From NCBI GenBank assembly GCA_041395725.1, contig JAWKZW010000001.1:919127-983126 (forward strand): a DNA stretch of 64,000 nt. The letters run 5' to 3'. A model generated the notes under the pieces. The model was not told the DNA's origin. It did no database searches and saw only the letters and a list, made by a program, of their open reading frames with translations. The DNA comes from Gammaproteobacteria bacterium (GTDB lineage Bacteria > Pseudomonadota > Gammaproteobacteria > Pseudomonadales > Pseudohongiellaceae). Positions 47,547 to 57,648 of this stretch are shown here, one piece after another (position 1 is the first letter of the stretch; every line of letters begins with the position of its first letter). Made by a program: the position numbers and the translations under genes.

Positions 47547-48413
47547 TCAGCGCCTCGCAAGTTTGCGCAGGATGCGGCGTAACAAGCCTGCCGACATTCT
47601 TTTTTTGACATCGGAAACACCCTCCCGGGTTTCGGGTATCCAGATGGGATCCCGATAGTGAGTGTCCCCTTCACTGCTGAGCATTGGCGTGTAGTACCTG
47701 CAGCCTTCGAAATAGTAATGGGTCACCTGGGAATGGCGGCTTCGCGCCAGATCTTTGCGAGGTGCCCCGCCGTGTAAGAGGTTAGCGTGCCAGATCAGTG
47801 CCTCGCCTTTGCGGATGCAGCCATACTCCGGTTGCAGATTCTGCTCCTCGATGACCTGCTGAACTGCCCGCTCATAATCCTTGTAGAAATTGTAGCCAGT
47901 CCCTAAACCAAAATCCTGCATGGTGTATTCATGCAGCTTATGGCTGCCGGGATAATAGATCAGGGATCCGTTGTTTTCATCCATGTCTTCCAGCGCAACC
48001 CATACCCCCGCCATGAAGCCGGACGGCATGGAATTGAAATGTATGGTATCGGAATGAGCCAGTTGAGAGGTGCCGACCGGAAAATTCAACGTTTGAAAAG
48101 CCAGCGCCCGACGCCCGTATAATTCTCCCAGAGCCCGCAAGACGTTTTCCTGAACCGCCAGTTGTCGAACCTCGTCAACCTGCAGCCAGGCATCCTGCAC
48201 CCGGGTGCCAAAGGTGGGGTTATTGCGAAACTCTTCCGGGTATAAGGGATAAACCTTTTCCTTGATCCCCTCGAGCAAGGCATCGTCGAACTCGAAATCC
48301 ACGACCAGGTACCCATTGGTGTGAAATGCCGCTTGCTGCTCCGGGCTGAGTATCTGTTCAGGGAGTTGCGGGCGGGCTGAAGATTCAGCGCCTGGAAAGG
48401 ATGTCTGCCCCAT
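47547..48413 (-). CDS. Phytanoyl-CoA dioxygenase (PhyH) family Fe(II)/2-oxoglutarate oxygenase
   Basis: 288-aa ORF. H-x-D in QLAHSDTIHF, then VWVALEDMDENNGSLIYYPGSHKL. Confidence 0.7.
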   Translation of the reverse strand: MGQTSFPGAESSARPQLPEQILSPEQQAAFHTNGYLVVDFEFDDALLEGIKEKVYPLYPEEFRNNPTFGTRVQDAWLQVDEVRQLAVQENVLRALGELYGRRALAFQTLNFPVGTSQLAHSDTIHFNSMPSGFMAGVWVALEDMDENNGSLIYYPGSHKLHEYTMQDFGLGTGYNFYKDYERAVQQVIEEQNLQPEYGCIRKGEALIWHANLLHGGAPRKDLARSRHSQVTHYYFEGCRYYTPMLSSEGDTHYRDPIWIPETREGVSDVKKRMSAGLLRRILRKLARR

Positions 48414-49367
48414 GAAACCGTCACCATTGCTTTTGATAGTCTGGAGAATCTCTGATCAATGACCATAACCCTCTACTTGAGCCTGCAAGGCGTGGCCTTC
48501 AGACCAAGCTACTGGATTCGTTGCCTGGCCTTGTCAGGCCGACGCATACCGGCAGCGATACATCTTGCCAACGGATTCGTCTGAAGGTCAGAACCTTGAG
48601 GTAATTAATCAGAAATTCCGTGGCTATTCTAGCAGAAATCCGGCTTCACCGGATCACAGCGCATGATCCGAAAGCGCGCAATTTAATTCCGGAAAAACTC
48701 GAGCCCACATGATCCATGTTCACAATTTTCTGTAGACTGACATGCTAGTTTTCCCGCCACAGATGCGGGAAATCGTCAGTGGACGACGGGATACCTGAAT
48801 ACAATCAGGCAGAGAGCCAATTGATCACATTAACACGCAAACTCAACACATTGTTAACCGTCACCTTTACGGTGTTTTACATAACGGCTGCAGGGACGGC
48901 TCTGGCAGGCAATGGTAACGGTAAACCCGCCGGGCACTTATCAGCCGGGGCTGATACTCACTGTTCCTGGAGGCGACCCCCTCGGCCTGGGAACCTGGCT
49001 TAATGGTCTGCTGGGCCTGGTCCACATCAAGGAGTTGACCCTCAGTGCGGAGGCTCTCCCTGCCGATGCCGACGGCGATGGCATGATGGACTGTGATGCT
49101 GAATACGAGGGACTGACCTGCGAGGAAGAGGAAGACTCTTCCACGGCCAGCTCCAGCTCAACCTCTGAATAAGTTTTGTTGCCTGCCTTCACGGCTCCTC
49201 TGGACGGGAGCCGCGATAGCTGATTGAAGGACTTGCAGCTTGTGTCAGCTCTTACTTGTAAGAGCATGACCTTGACCTGACAGCAGCCATTGAATAGGAC
49301 TCGCTTTATGGTTCGCATCTGCATAAGTCCCCGAGATGTGGTTAAGGAGACTCTGATTAGCGGGAAG

Positions 49368-49937
49368 ATGTTTAGCGGGATCAACCACGTGAACTTTATA
49401 GATTCAATTTCACTTTTCTTAATAATGGTCACACTGGCAGCAATACCGAACGCCAGTGTTGCACTTGTTGTAGCCCGATCGGCTACGCTTGGGATCTCAA
49501 ATGGCATAGCGGTAGCAACAGGCATCGTTCTAGGTGATCTTGTATTCGTTGTTCTGGCAATACTAGGATTATCAGTTGTGGCTGAAACTATGGGCGCCCT
49601 GTTTGCCGTCTTCAAGTATCTTGGTGGTGCTTATCTAATCTGGTTTGGGTTCTCATTACTCAAACCCGGAAGAAAAGCCACTTTCGTAGTAGAGGAAGAA
49701 AAATTGAATGGAAACATTCTGACCAGTTTGTTTTCTGGATTACTTCTAACTCTTGGGGATGTAAAAGCGATAATCTTTTATGCAAGCTTACTCCCCGCCT
49801 TTATAAACCTGGCCGCAATCGAGATTACCGATTCAATAATTATTATCTTTATAACCCTAATCGCAGTCGGTACTGTAAAAGTATTCTACGCAGTGCTTGC
49901 TGATAAAGTTGTAAAGGTGGCCGGATTGCTGATGTAA
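49368..49937 (+). CDS. LysE/RhtB family amino-acid exporter
   Basis: About 190 aa from the internal ATG (the track ORF starts at 49290). LIMVTLAAIPNASVALVVARSATLGISNGIAVATGIVLGDLVF, with 5-6 TM helices. Confidence 0.75.
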   Translation: MFSGINHVNFIDSISLFLIMVTLAAIPNASVALVVARSATLGISNGIAVATGIVLGDLVFVVLAILGLSVVAETMGALFAVFKYLGGAYLIWFGFSLLKPGRKATFVVEEEKLNGNILTSLFSGLLLTLGDVKAIIFYASLLPAFINLAAIEITDSIIIIFITLIAVGTVKVFYAVLADKVVKVAGLLM

Positions 49938-50279
49938 AGCGACTGATATCTCAAGATCTCTGATCTGACATTAGACTTATTGTGGCTCTCAGTACGTCAC
50001 TTACTCGCCGCCCACTCACAAACTGGACAACGGCCTACTTTGGAGATACCTTCCTGTTTTACCTGAAAACTACAAGCCTGAAGCAACTTGTCACTGCTTC
50101 CGCCGAGGAGCCTGGTTTCAACGACGTTGCGGAGAAGACCTTATTCTCCGGGACACTGAGATTCAGCTCAGCAAAGCAGTACTCATTCGCGGCTCCGCAG
50201 AATCACTGAACATTCTTAAAGTACCAGGGAGCAACTACAAAAACTCACATTTGTCGCAAGGATTAACAGTGGACTATCT

Positions 50280-51065
50280 ATGATCAAATGGCTAATCGGA
50301 ATGAAATGCTTAATAAAACAATATCTACTTGCCTTTGCGCTGCCTATAGCTGCCTACCCATTGGGAGCCTATTCGGCAGAATTGCTGGATGAGACCAGAA
50401 CCACAATTCGCGAGTGGGTAGAGACTGAGCAGGCAATTTCTCACGAAAAAAGCCAATGGCGGGAAGAGCGCGCCTCATTGACGACACTGCTATCTATCCT
50501 AAGGGCAGAAGAGGAAACACTTAACGAAGAAATAGCCCTCGCTCAGGACATCGCAAGTCGTGCAGATGAAGAAAGACTTGTTTTAGTTGAACAACTCTCG
50601 TCATATCAGGAAGTATCAGCGTTACTGGAAGTCCTGATCTCAGACTACGAAAGGCAACTTAAAATTATTGAGAGCTATCTTCCTCAGGTATTGCGTAGCG
50701 AGCTGCAGCCACGCTTGAACAGGTTGCAGCAAGAGCGAACCTCCCATTCTTTGAGTGAACGAACACAGAATGTGCTGAATATTCTGGCGGAGATTGAAAG
50801 TTTTGACTCCAGGATTACGCTGGCCAGCGAATTGATCAGTGTCGAACAGGATCAATCCATCGAAGCACGCATATTGTATCTCGGGCTTTCAAAAGCATTT
50901 TTTGTGAATGAAAGTGCGACAATTTCTGGCTACGGATCGCCTTTTGACACTGGCTGGCAGTGGCGGACTGACGAGACATTGAGTGGTTCAATAGTGAGAG
51001 CGATCGATGTCTATGAGACACGGTTGACCCCGCAACTTGTCACCTTACCACTAAAGGTGGACTGA
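50280..51065 (+). CDS. DUF3450 domain protein (coiled-coil periplasmic partner of TonB2-type systems)
   Basis: 261-aa ORF with a signal peptide, then coiled coil (IREWVETEQAISHEKSQWREERASLTTLLSILRAEEETLNEEIA). It overlaps the next gene by 1 nt. Confidence 0.7.
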   Translation: MIKWLIGMKCLIKQYLLAFALPIAAYPLGAYSAELLDETRTTIREWVETEQAISHEKSQWREERASLTTLLSILRAEEETLNEEIALAQDIASRADEERLVLVEQLSSYQEVSALLEVLISDYERQLKIIESYLPQVLRSELQPRLNRLQQERTSHSLSERTQNVLNILAEIESFDSRITLASELISVEQDQSIEARILYLGLSKAFFVNESATISGYGSPFDTGWQWRTDETLSGSIVRAIDVYETRLTPQLVTLPLKVD

Positions 51066-52483
51066 TGAATCAACTTATAGAATTCACTCATCGACTGATT
51101 ATGCTGGTCGCCTTTTCCGCTTTCATGTCCGTGGCGGTTACTGCACAGGATGTCTCCCTGGATCAGGTTCGGATTTCGGTAAATTCAGATCTTGAGAATT
51201 CGCTGCGCGAACTGTCAACATTGAGAGAGGAGATAGCAGATGAAAAAATACCACTGGTAACGGAGCTCAATGAACTTGAAGGTAGCATCAGGCGATTAAG
51301 AAACGAAGCGGCACGGTATCAGGCGTTAAGAGACAGCAGAGAGTTGGGATTAAGCGATATTCAGAGTCGGTTGCAGGCCTGGGAGAATGAGAACACCTAT
51401 TTGTTGAATTTACTGGGTGAGTACGCGTCTCGCTTTCGAAGCAATCTCAATATTTCAGAATTGAATCGATTCGAACAGATACTGCAAGAGATTGATTTGC
51501 AAGACGACTCCATAAACCAGGAAACCAATCAGGTGGAGACAGAGTTGGAATTGGTGGCTCTTGGACTTGACCGGATCCGAAGTTCTTTCGGAGGAGAACA
51601 GTACGCAGGCAGCATAGTTGGCGAAGACGGAAAGTTGATTGATGGCGGATTCACTCGGTTCGGCCCGATTGTCTATTTCCTCGATGAGGGAAGCCAGATT
51701 GCCGGGTTGGTTACTGTCGAAGATGGTATCAGCGCACGTATTCTGGAAATGCAGAACGAGCTTGACAGCTATGTACGTCTGGCGACTGGTGACAGGGCTT
51801 CCATGCCGGTTGACGTATCAGAAGGCAAACTCCCTCTGATTTCGTCAAGCCAGGACTCGCTACTGGTGCACATAGGCAGGGGCGGAATCTGGATCTACCC
51901 CATCCTCTTCTTTGCTTTTATTTCACTGGCTATTGCGCTTTTTAAAGCTATACAAATACTTCGAATAAAGATGCCCAAAATAGAAGAAGTGCGAAGCATC
52001 CTGGCCAGTATCCGCTCCGATGATCTGCTGTCCGCAAAAGTATTAGCAGACAAAATGCCGGCTCCCGTAGGGCCCATGCTGAATCACGGTATTGACAACC
52101 TGGGTCAACCCAGACAACTGCTTGAAGAAATCCTGTACGAGAAAATACTGGATACCAGGCCAAGGCTGAATAATCTTTTACCAGTAATTGCTACTACAGC
52201 GGCCATTACACCACTTCTTGGTTTGTTGGGCACAGTGACCGGAATGATAAACACGTTTAATCTGATTTCGCTGTTTGGTACAGGTGATACTCGAATACTC
52301 TCCTCTGGTATATCGGAAGCACTTGTTACAACCGAATTTGGGTTGATCGTCGCAATACCCGCACTGATTATTCATGCAGTGCTGAGTAGAAGAATACGAA
52401 CGATATTGGGAGATATGGAAAAATACGCACTTATTTTCAGCAATGGCCTGATCACAGATGACCAGAGCAGGCTGCCAGCATGA
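51065..52483 (+). CDS. Large MotA/TolQ/ExbB proton-channel family protein (TtpC-like)
   Basis: 472-aa ORF with an N-terminal periplasmic region of about 270 aa, then 3 TM helices with TPLLGLLGTVTGMINTF and GISEALVTTEFGLIVAIPALI. Confidence 0.8.
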   Translation: MNQLIEFTHRLIMLVAFSAFMSVAVTAQDVSLDQVRISVNSDLENSLRELSTLREEIADEKIPLVTELNELEGSIRRLRNEAARYQALRDSRELGLSDIQSRLQAWENENTYLLNLLGEYASRFRSNLNISELNRFEQILQEIDLQDDSINQETNQVETELELVALGLDRIRSSFGGEQYAGSIVGEDGKLIDGGFTRFGPIVYFLDEGSQIAGLVTVEDGISARILEMQNELDSYVRLATGDRASMPVDVSEGKLPLISSSQDSLLVHIGRGGIWIYPILFFAFISLAIALFKAIQILRIKMPKIEEVRSILASIRSDDLLSAKVLADKMPAPVGPMLNHGIDNLGQPRQLLEEILYEKILDTRPRLNNLLPVIATTAAITPLLGLLGTVTGMINTFNLISLFGTGDTRILSSGISEALVTTEFGLIVAIPALIIHAVLSRRIRTILGDMEKYALIFSNGLITDDQSRLPA

Positions 52484-52971
52484 TGGACTTCTGGCTCAGT
52501 TTCTGGAGCGTCACCAGTGGCGGTGGGCTTCTGATGCTGGCGTTATTTGGATTGGCACTAGTGATTTACTGGCTATCGATCGACACTTTGTTAACAATTC
52601 CCGGCACTGTGCGAAAGCAGGAATCTTTATTGGCTGGCATTAACACACGCCAGGACATTGAAGTTTTTAAAAATGATGTGCTATCACCTATCAAGAGCAG
52701 GAAAGCGCTGATTGCTACTTTGGTAACTACCGCACCGCTTGTCGGGCTTCTGGGTACCGTATCGGGGATGTTGAAAACTTTCAGGGGCCTCAGCACTGGC
52801 AAAGGTGACACTTTTGATCTGGTAGCGGCAGGAATATCAGAAGCCATGATAACTACTGAAACAGGATTGCTGGTAGCCATTCCGGCGACGTTTCTGATCA
52901 TGCTGATAGGGTCGCGAACCCAAATGCTGGAACATTTAGTAGAGATTAACGAGAAAGATATCGGCACATAG
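52480..52971 (+). CDS. exbB: ExbB-like MotA/TolQ/ExbB proton-channel protein
   Basis: 163-aa ORF with an ATGA overlap. APLVGLLGTVSGMLKTF and GISEAMITTETGLLVAIPA. Confidence 0.8.
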   Translation: MMDFWLSFWSVTSGGGLLMLALFGLALVIYWLSIDTLLTIPGTVRKQESLLAGINTRQDIEVFKNDVLSPIKSRKALIATLVTTAPLVGLLGTVSGMLKTFRGLSTGKGDTFDLVAAGISEAMITTETGLLVAIPATFLIMLIGSRTQMLEHLVEINEKDIGT

Positions 52972-53054
52972 AACTTTCGTGTCGATTCGATCGCACCAGG
53001 TGCCAGACTGTTCAAGCAGCAGTAACATGCCTGTAAAAGGAACTTTCAAAGAAA

Positions 53055-53459
53055 ATGAAAAAAACACTTTTCCAGGAAGACGACGTTCAATCCAGTGAGA
53101 TCAACATTTCACCATTGATTGATATCGTATTCATTCTGCTGATCTTTTTCATTGTTACAACTACCTTCGTTGAAGAGGCCGGTGTGGAGATCACAAAGCC
53201 ACAGGCGATCTCTGCTCAGCAGCTTCAGAAGGAGAGTATCATGATAGCCATCACAGATGATGGTCGGGTTGTATACGGCGGCAGGGTAGTCGGGACGGCG
53301 GGCGTGCGCCCTCTTGTAGACAGATTGCTCTCACGTGGCGACCTGCCAGTAATTGTTCTCGCAGATCGCAACGTACGAACTGAGCTTCTGGTAGATGTTA
53401 TCGATGAAGCCAAACTGGGTGGCGCGACCTCTGTAAATATAGCCACAAGAAGCGATTGA
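53055..53459 (+). CDS. exbD: ExbD/TolR family biopolymer transport protein
   Basis: 134-aa ORF. EINISPLIDIVFILLIFFIVTTTF, followed by a periplasmic domain. Confidence 0.85.
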   Translation: MKKTLFQEDDVQSSEINISPLIDIVFILLIFFIVTTTFVEEAGVEITKPQAISAQQLQKESIMIAITDDGRVVYGGRVVGTAGVRPLVDRLLSRGDLPVIVLADRNVRTELLVDVIDEAKLGGATSVNIATRSD

Positions 53460-53480
53460 GAGGTTACTTGGATTCAGGTC

Positions 53481-54137
53481 ATGAAGCACATTCGAACCAT
53501 CTTACTGCGCCGAACCAGCTTCTACACATTGGTTGTAGTCGCACTGCTTTTTGCGCTATTACCGTTAACCCAACGCACAAAAGAAGGCGTGAGTGATGAT
53601 CTGGTTATCACGCGACAAATTGATATTGCCTTACAACCGCCTCCTCCGCCTGAAGAACGGAAGGGGTCGAGCTCAAACAGCAGCCAGAATTCTGGTATCA
53701 ATTTGGAAGCTCTCACTTCCGGCGTAGACCTTCAACCCCTAAGAATTGATGTGGAATCGGTACTTACCGAAGGGCTGGGGCTGGGGTATGAAGGGGCCGG
53801 TCTCGATGTGACACCAAACGCAACGTTTACACTTGAGGGGGTTGGATTTGGTACCAATGGATTGGACAGGCAACCAATTCTGCTTGTCCGTCCTGTTATA
53901 CGAGAGGGGTTATTACGAAGAAGAAGGATCAGTCAATTCGAAGCCTTGGTTTTCGTCAAGTGGATGAAAGACGGATCACTGCGGTTAATCAGAATCGAAG
54001 AAATAGAATATCCGGAACCTGAATTCGCGGCGATGGTTAGAGATGCGATTTCTCAAATGAGATACACCAAACCTACAGTTGACGGTGAACCTGTTGAAAG
54101 GTTTGTCAGACTGCCCATTACCATTCATGCAGGGTAG
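53481..54137 (+). CDS. TonB-like energy transducer (TonB2-type, short Pro-rich spacer)
   Basis: 218-aa ORF with an N-terminal TM, QPPPPPEE, and a C-terminal domain of about 90 aa (PILLVRPVIREG...FEALVFVKWMKDGSLRLIRIEE...RYTKPTVDGEPVERFVRLPI). Position after exbD supports the call. Sequence similarity is judged by eye only. Confidence 0.6.
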   Translation: MKHIRTILLRRTSFYTLVVVALLFALLPLTQRTKEGVSDDLVITRQIDIALQPPPPPEERKGSSSNSSQNSGINLEALTSGVDLQPLRIDVESVLTEGLGLGYEGAGLDVTPNATFTLEGVGFGTNGLDRQPILLVRPVIREGLLRRRRISQFEALVFVKWMKDGSLRLIRIEEIEYPEPEFAAMVRDAISQMRYTKPTVDGEPVERFVRLPITIHAG

Positions 54138-54144
54138 CTTGCAC

Positions 54145-55668
54145 ATGGATATTCTGCCCGGCAATCGCCTAATACTGATAGGTGTATTTTTACTTTTGAT
54201 TGGCGTAATCGAAACAGCGTCCGGACAAGTCGATTGGCCCCATGGGGTCAGAGATTGGAGTGATGCGCAGTTTCAGGCTCGTGTCCAGGGCGTTTACGAT
54301 TGGAAAGGATCAGGGCCGGATCGATTGCAGACATTGGAATACACTGAAGTGCCCATCGATATGTATCAGTTGTCTACAGTAAATAGAGATCTTAACTCGT
54401 TTCCGCCAAGGGACACGATTGACCCGGAGCTGCAATATTTTCCACCGCCCAAGGATTGGGTGGATCGTAAAGACCTGATCTTGAGTATGCGGGGCAGCGG
54501 CGAAATTGATGCTACGTTTTTCGAGGAAAAACTGGATGAGTCAGCCGGTCCTGACACCTACTTTCTCATGGGAAACATCTACTTTTTAAAGAACCGGTTG
54601 GTTGATGCTATCCGGCAATATGAGATGGCTACGGACCGCTTCTCCCGCTTCCGGCTTGCCTATCAGAACATGGCCTTTGCCTATATCAATCTCGGTGATT
54701 GCGACAATGCATTGACCACTATCAACAAAGCAATCAGCTTAGGTGCATTTGGAGTCCGGGTGAAAGGGCTGCAGGGGTATTGTGCTCTTCAACAAGGCAA
54801 CTATGTAACTGCTGCTGACGCACTCGCTATTTCCAGGATGCTTGACAGTGAAAATTCCATATGGCTTGAATTGCAGATCCAGGCACTCATAGGTGCGGGG
54901 CACTATATGCCTGCCAGAAACCTGCTCAGTTCGCATGCAAGCAGGTTGCTCGACAGCTCTCGAATCCTCGATTATTTGATTTCTATTGCGCAGAGTGACA
55001 GCGATTGGGAATCGTTACATAGTCTGTTAGAAGTCAAGCGCATTGCCGGACAACTCACCAGCAAGGAAAACGCAACACTTCAACGATTGCGAGCCTCTCA
55101 AGGATTACCGGTCTCAAGAGGAGAAGTCGGTAGTCTACTTAGTGTTATGGATGCTGATAGCTACATAGCTGATTCCGCCCAGATAATGTCAGAATTGATT
55201 GACAATGAAGCGTGGGAGATCGCATCAATTGTAGGTGATGGAGTCATTGAGAGCTTAGCCGGGGGTCCGGTGTCGGCGGATTCAGCCAATATAATCTACC
55301 TTCAAGCAAGTATATTAACCACGCAAGGGCAAATTGAAGAAGGAAGTGCACTACTGGATGAACTTTTGCGGGCCTATCCGATCCATTGCGAAGCACTGAT
55401 ATTGCGAGCTGAGCAATTTAATCAGCTGGACGAACTGCAGCAATCGCATGAGTATTTTAACCGGGCGATACGAAGTTCGAGTAGTTGCAGTGAAAAGGCA
55501 AGATTAGAGTACGCGGATGTTCTGATACAAAGAGAAGACTACTCTCACGCATTTGAGCTCTACCAGACCGATCGTCGCCAGAAAGAAATCGCTGGAATCA
55601 TTGATACAGCTATTGCCAGAAAACTGGTTGAGGCCCTTGCACGCCTGACCCAGGCATCAGTTCAATGA
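54145..55668 (+). CDS. TPR-repeat protein (TtpD-like), N-terminal membrane anchor/signal
   Basis: I prefer ATG 54145 (MDILPGNRLILIGVFLLLIGVIETASG); the track ORF at 54079 overlaps tonB. Repeated TPR-like A/Y/L patterns are present (YFLMGNIYFLKNRLVDAIRQYEMA...). Confidence 0.65.
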   Translation: MDILPGNRLILIGVFLLLIGVIETASGQVDWPHGVRDWSDAQFQARVQGVYDWKGSGPDRLQTLEYTEVPIDMYQLSTVNRDLNSFPPRDTIDPELQYFPPPKDWVDRKDLILSMRGSGEIDATFFEEKLDESAGPDTYFLMGNIYFLKNRLVDAIRQYEMATDRFSRFRLAYQNMAFAYINLGDCDNALTTINKAISLGAFGVRVKGLQGYCALQQGNYVTAADALAISRMLDSENSIWLELQIQALIGAGHYMPARNLLSSHASRLLDSSRILDYLISIAQSDSDWESLHSLLEVKRIAGQLTSKENATLQRLRASQGLPVSRGEVGSLLSVMDADSYIADSAQIMSELIDNEAWEIASIVGDGVIESLAGGPVSADSANIIYLQASILTTQGQIEEGSALLDELLRAYPIHCEALILRAEQFNQLDELQQSHEYFNRAIRSSSSCSEKARLEYADVLIQREDYSHAFELYQTDRRQKEIAGIIDTAIARKLVEALARLTQASVQ

Positions 55669-57164
55669 TACCCATTAGTTATTCACCTCTTAAGAGGGAG
55701 CCGATGCTCAATCGGATTACAGTCAGTCTTATCAGCAGGTTTATACTCGGCTTGTCGACTATATTTGGCTCTGGGTTTATCCATGCCCAACTGGCGCCAG
55801 GTCCTGATGAGCTGGGTCTGAGTTTGTCTGACCCCCAATTCTCCCAAGAGTTTAATGGCAGCTTTGAAGTCGGACTGAGACCTGGAGCTCCCGCACTGGA
55901 CGAACGGGAAAGTGTCATCCTGCAAGTTGTAAGCGACATGTATGTCGAGGACATTGATGCAGCATTGCGCTTCATCTTTGATGAAAACCGGCGTGAGGAA
56001 CTGCGGATACAAAGCGATCGTCGATATCGGCAAGGCAACGAACTGGATTTAGTCTACTCTGCCAATATCGAATACGCCATTGGTCAGTTATACCAACTCA
56101 AGCGGGATCGACGCCGTGCTGAGGAGTATTATTTCCAAGCTATCGAAAAATACCCCTCTTATGTTGATGCATACGTTCGACTGATGGAACTCTACCTTAA
56201 TGAAGAGGATTGCGAAAAAGCCATGGAGGCAGGCAGGAAAGCGATAGAGATTGGGGGTGTAGATGGATATGTGTTTAAAGGATTCGGATTATGCCATATT
56301 CAGAATCTGGACCATGACGCCGCACTGACAGCTTTTAGAATGGCGAGTACTTTTCTACCTGAAGATGAATCAGTACAGTATTACTATGCTTTGGCGGCTT
56401 TCAATGCGGGGTATTCATTGGAAGCTATCGGAATACTCGACCAACTAATACATGATTATCCGCAGAATAGAAACTATCACTTTCTATTAGTTAACGCCTT
56501 TCTACAGGACAGCAACTACCAGGGAGCACTGGAAATTCTTGAAATCGCGCATAGAAAAGGCATGGGTAACGCGTCTTCTTATTCCCTATTGGGCGATATT
56601 TATATCGGTAATTCTATGCCTGACGCTGCAGCAGTTGCATACGTTTCAAGCTTGACGACGGATGAGCTTCCTTCTTTCGATACTGCACGAAAGCAATTTG
56701 ACAACCTGGACAGACTGAATGCAAGTGATGCTACCGAGCAATATTTCGCTGAACTAGTCATTGCCTTTGAGGGCCGTCTGAACCGGATTGAGTCTCGCGA
56801 GTTAGATATTCTGCGCGCCAGGGTCCTTATCGATAACGGACAGGCACCAGATGGAATCAGTATCCTACAGAGTGTTATAGAAGATGATCCTATGAACGGA
56901 GAAGCGTCACTTTCACTGGCCAGGTACTACAGCCTTCAGAGTGACTTTGAGCGCGCGTCAATATATTTCCAACAGGCAGCTAATGACGACGATATTGCGC
57001 TTACTGCATTGACAGAGAACGCTCAACTTGCAATTGATAGACAAAACTGGAACCAAGCGTTCGATTTACTGTTCCAGGCAAGTCAAAAAGCGAATTCTGA
57101 ATCAGCAGAAATAATAGACAACAATCTCAAAGCGATCGAACGTATACTGGATTTATTGGAATAA
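55665..57164 (+). CDS. Second TPR-repeat protein with signal peptide
   Basis: 499-aa ORF with an ATGA overlap with the previous TPR gene. TPR-like repeats are present (AIGQLYQLKRDRRRAEEYYFQAIEKYPSYVDAYVRLMELY...). Confidence 0.65.
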   Translation: MIPISYSPLKREPMLNRITVSLISRFILGLSTIFGSGFIHAQLAPGPDELGLSLSDPQFSQEFNGSFEVGLRPGAPALDERESVILQVVSDMYVEDIDAALRFIFDENRREELRIQSDRRYRQGNELDLVYSANIEYAIGQLYQLKRDRRRAEEYYFQAIEKYPSYVDAYVRLMELYLNEEDCEKAMEAGRKAIEIGGVDGYVFKGFGLCHIQNLDHDAALTAFRMASTFLPEDESVQYYYALAAFNAGYSLEAIGILDQLIHDYPQNRNYHFLLVNAFLQDSNYQGALEILEIAHRKGMGNASSYSLLGDIYIGNSMPDAAAVAYVSSLTTDELPSFDTARKQFDNLDRLNASDATEQYFAELVIAFEGRLNRIESRELDILRARVLIDNGQAPDGISILQSVIEDDPMNGEASLSLARYYSLQSDFERASIYFQQAANDDDIALTALTENAQLAIDRQNWNQAFDLLFQASQKANSESAEIIDNNLKAIERILDLLE

Positions 57165-57648
57165 TATTCGAAATTCCTGCTGAGTTTGATCCTCGATTGG
57201 CCCACTGGCTGTAACTGGTTCCGTGATAATCATGCGGGAAATCGCCCATTATCCTCGCATAATCAGAATCAATGGCCAGCAATTCCCAATGCAGCGTTAC
57301 CAGTGGTCCGGCAACCCCATTGGAGTATGGGAGGGACGTAGACTGTACGCCAACAATCGGAGCTTCGACCCGTAATCCCGACATTTATTGATCCGTCCTT
57401 CGGAACAATTGGAAATCAATAAACGCTTCGAACTTGTATTTGAAAACAGGATACTTTATCACTTTGCGGTGACCGACCCAGAGATATACTTAACTCCCTT
57501 CATTGCAGAAGTGACTCTAATTGGATAAGTCGATGGGGAAGTTATCCACGAGTAGGCCTGCCACGAAGGGAACTATTCTCTACCGAGCATCCTTGCTGGA
57601 GCACGACAGGAAGGAGGAGAATCTGCGAGAAACTCCTGACCATTAAAA

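Noticed and set aside
48450-48464. 15-bp imperfect direct repeat (CTCTGATCAATGACC vs CTCTGATAGATCACC at 58316-58330) as possible island borders
   Set aside because: Only 12 of 15 bases match, with a 7-nt exact core. That is easily found by chance when searching two ~150-bp junctions. No integrase or tRNA supports site-specific insertion.
57127-57503. 85-aa minus-strand ORF overlapping the end of the second TPR gene, with short upstream reading-frame pieces (MKGVKYISGSVTAK*, VIKYPVFKYKFEAFIDFQLFRRTDQ*)
   Set aside because: It might be the debris of a decayed gene. However, the pieces are interrupted by stops, I recognise no family, and the ORF overlaps a better-supported gene by 38 nt. It is not called.
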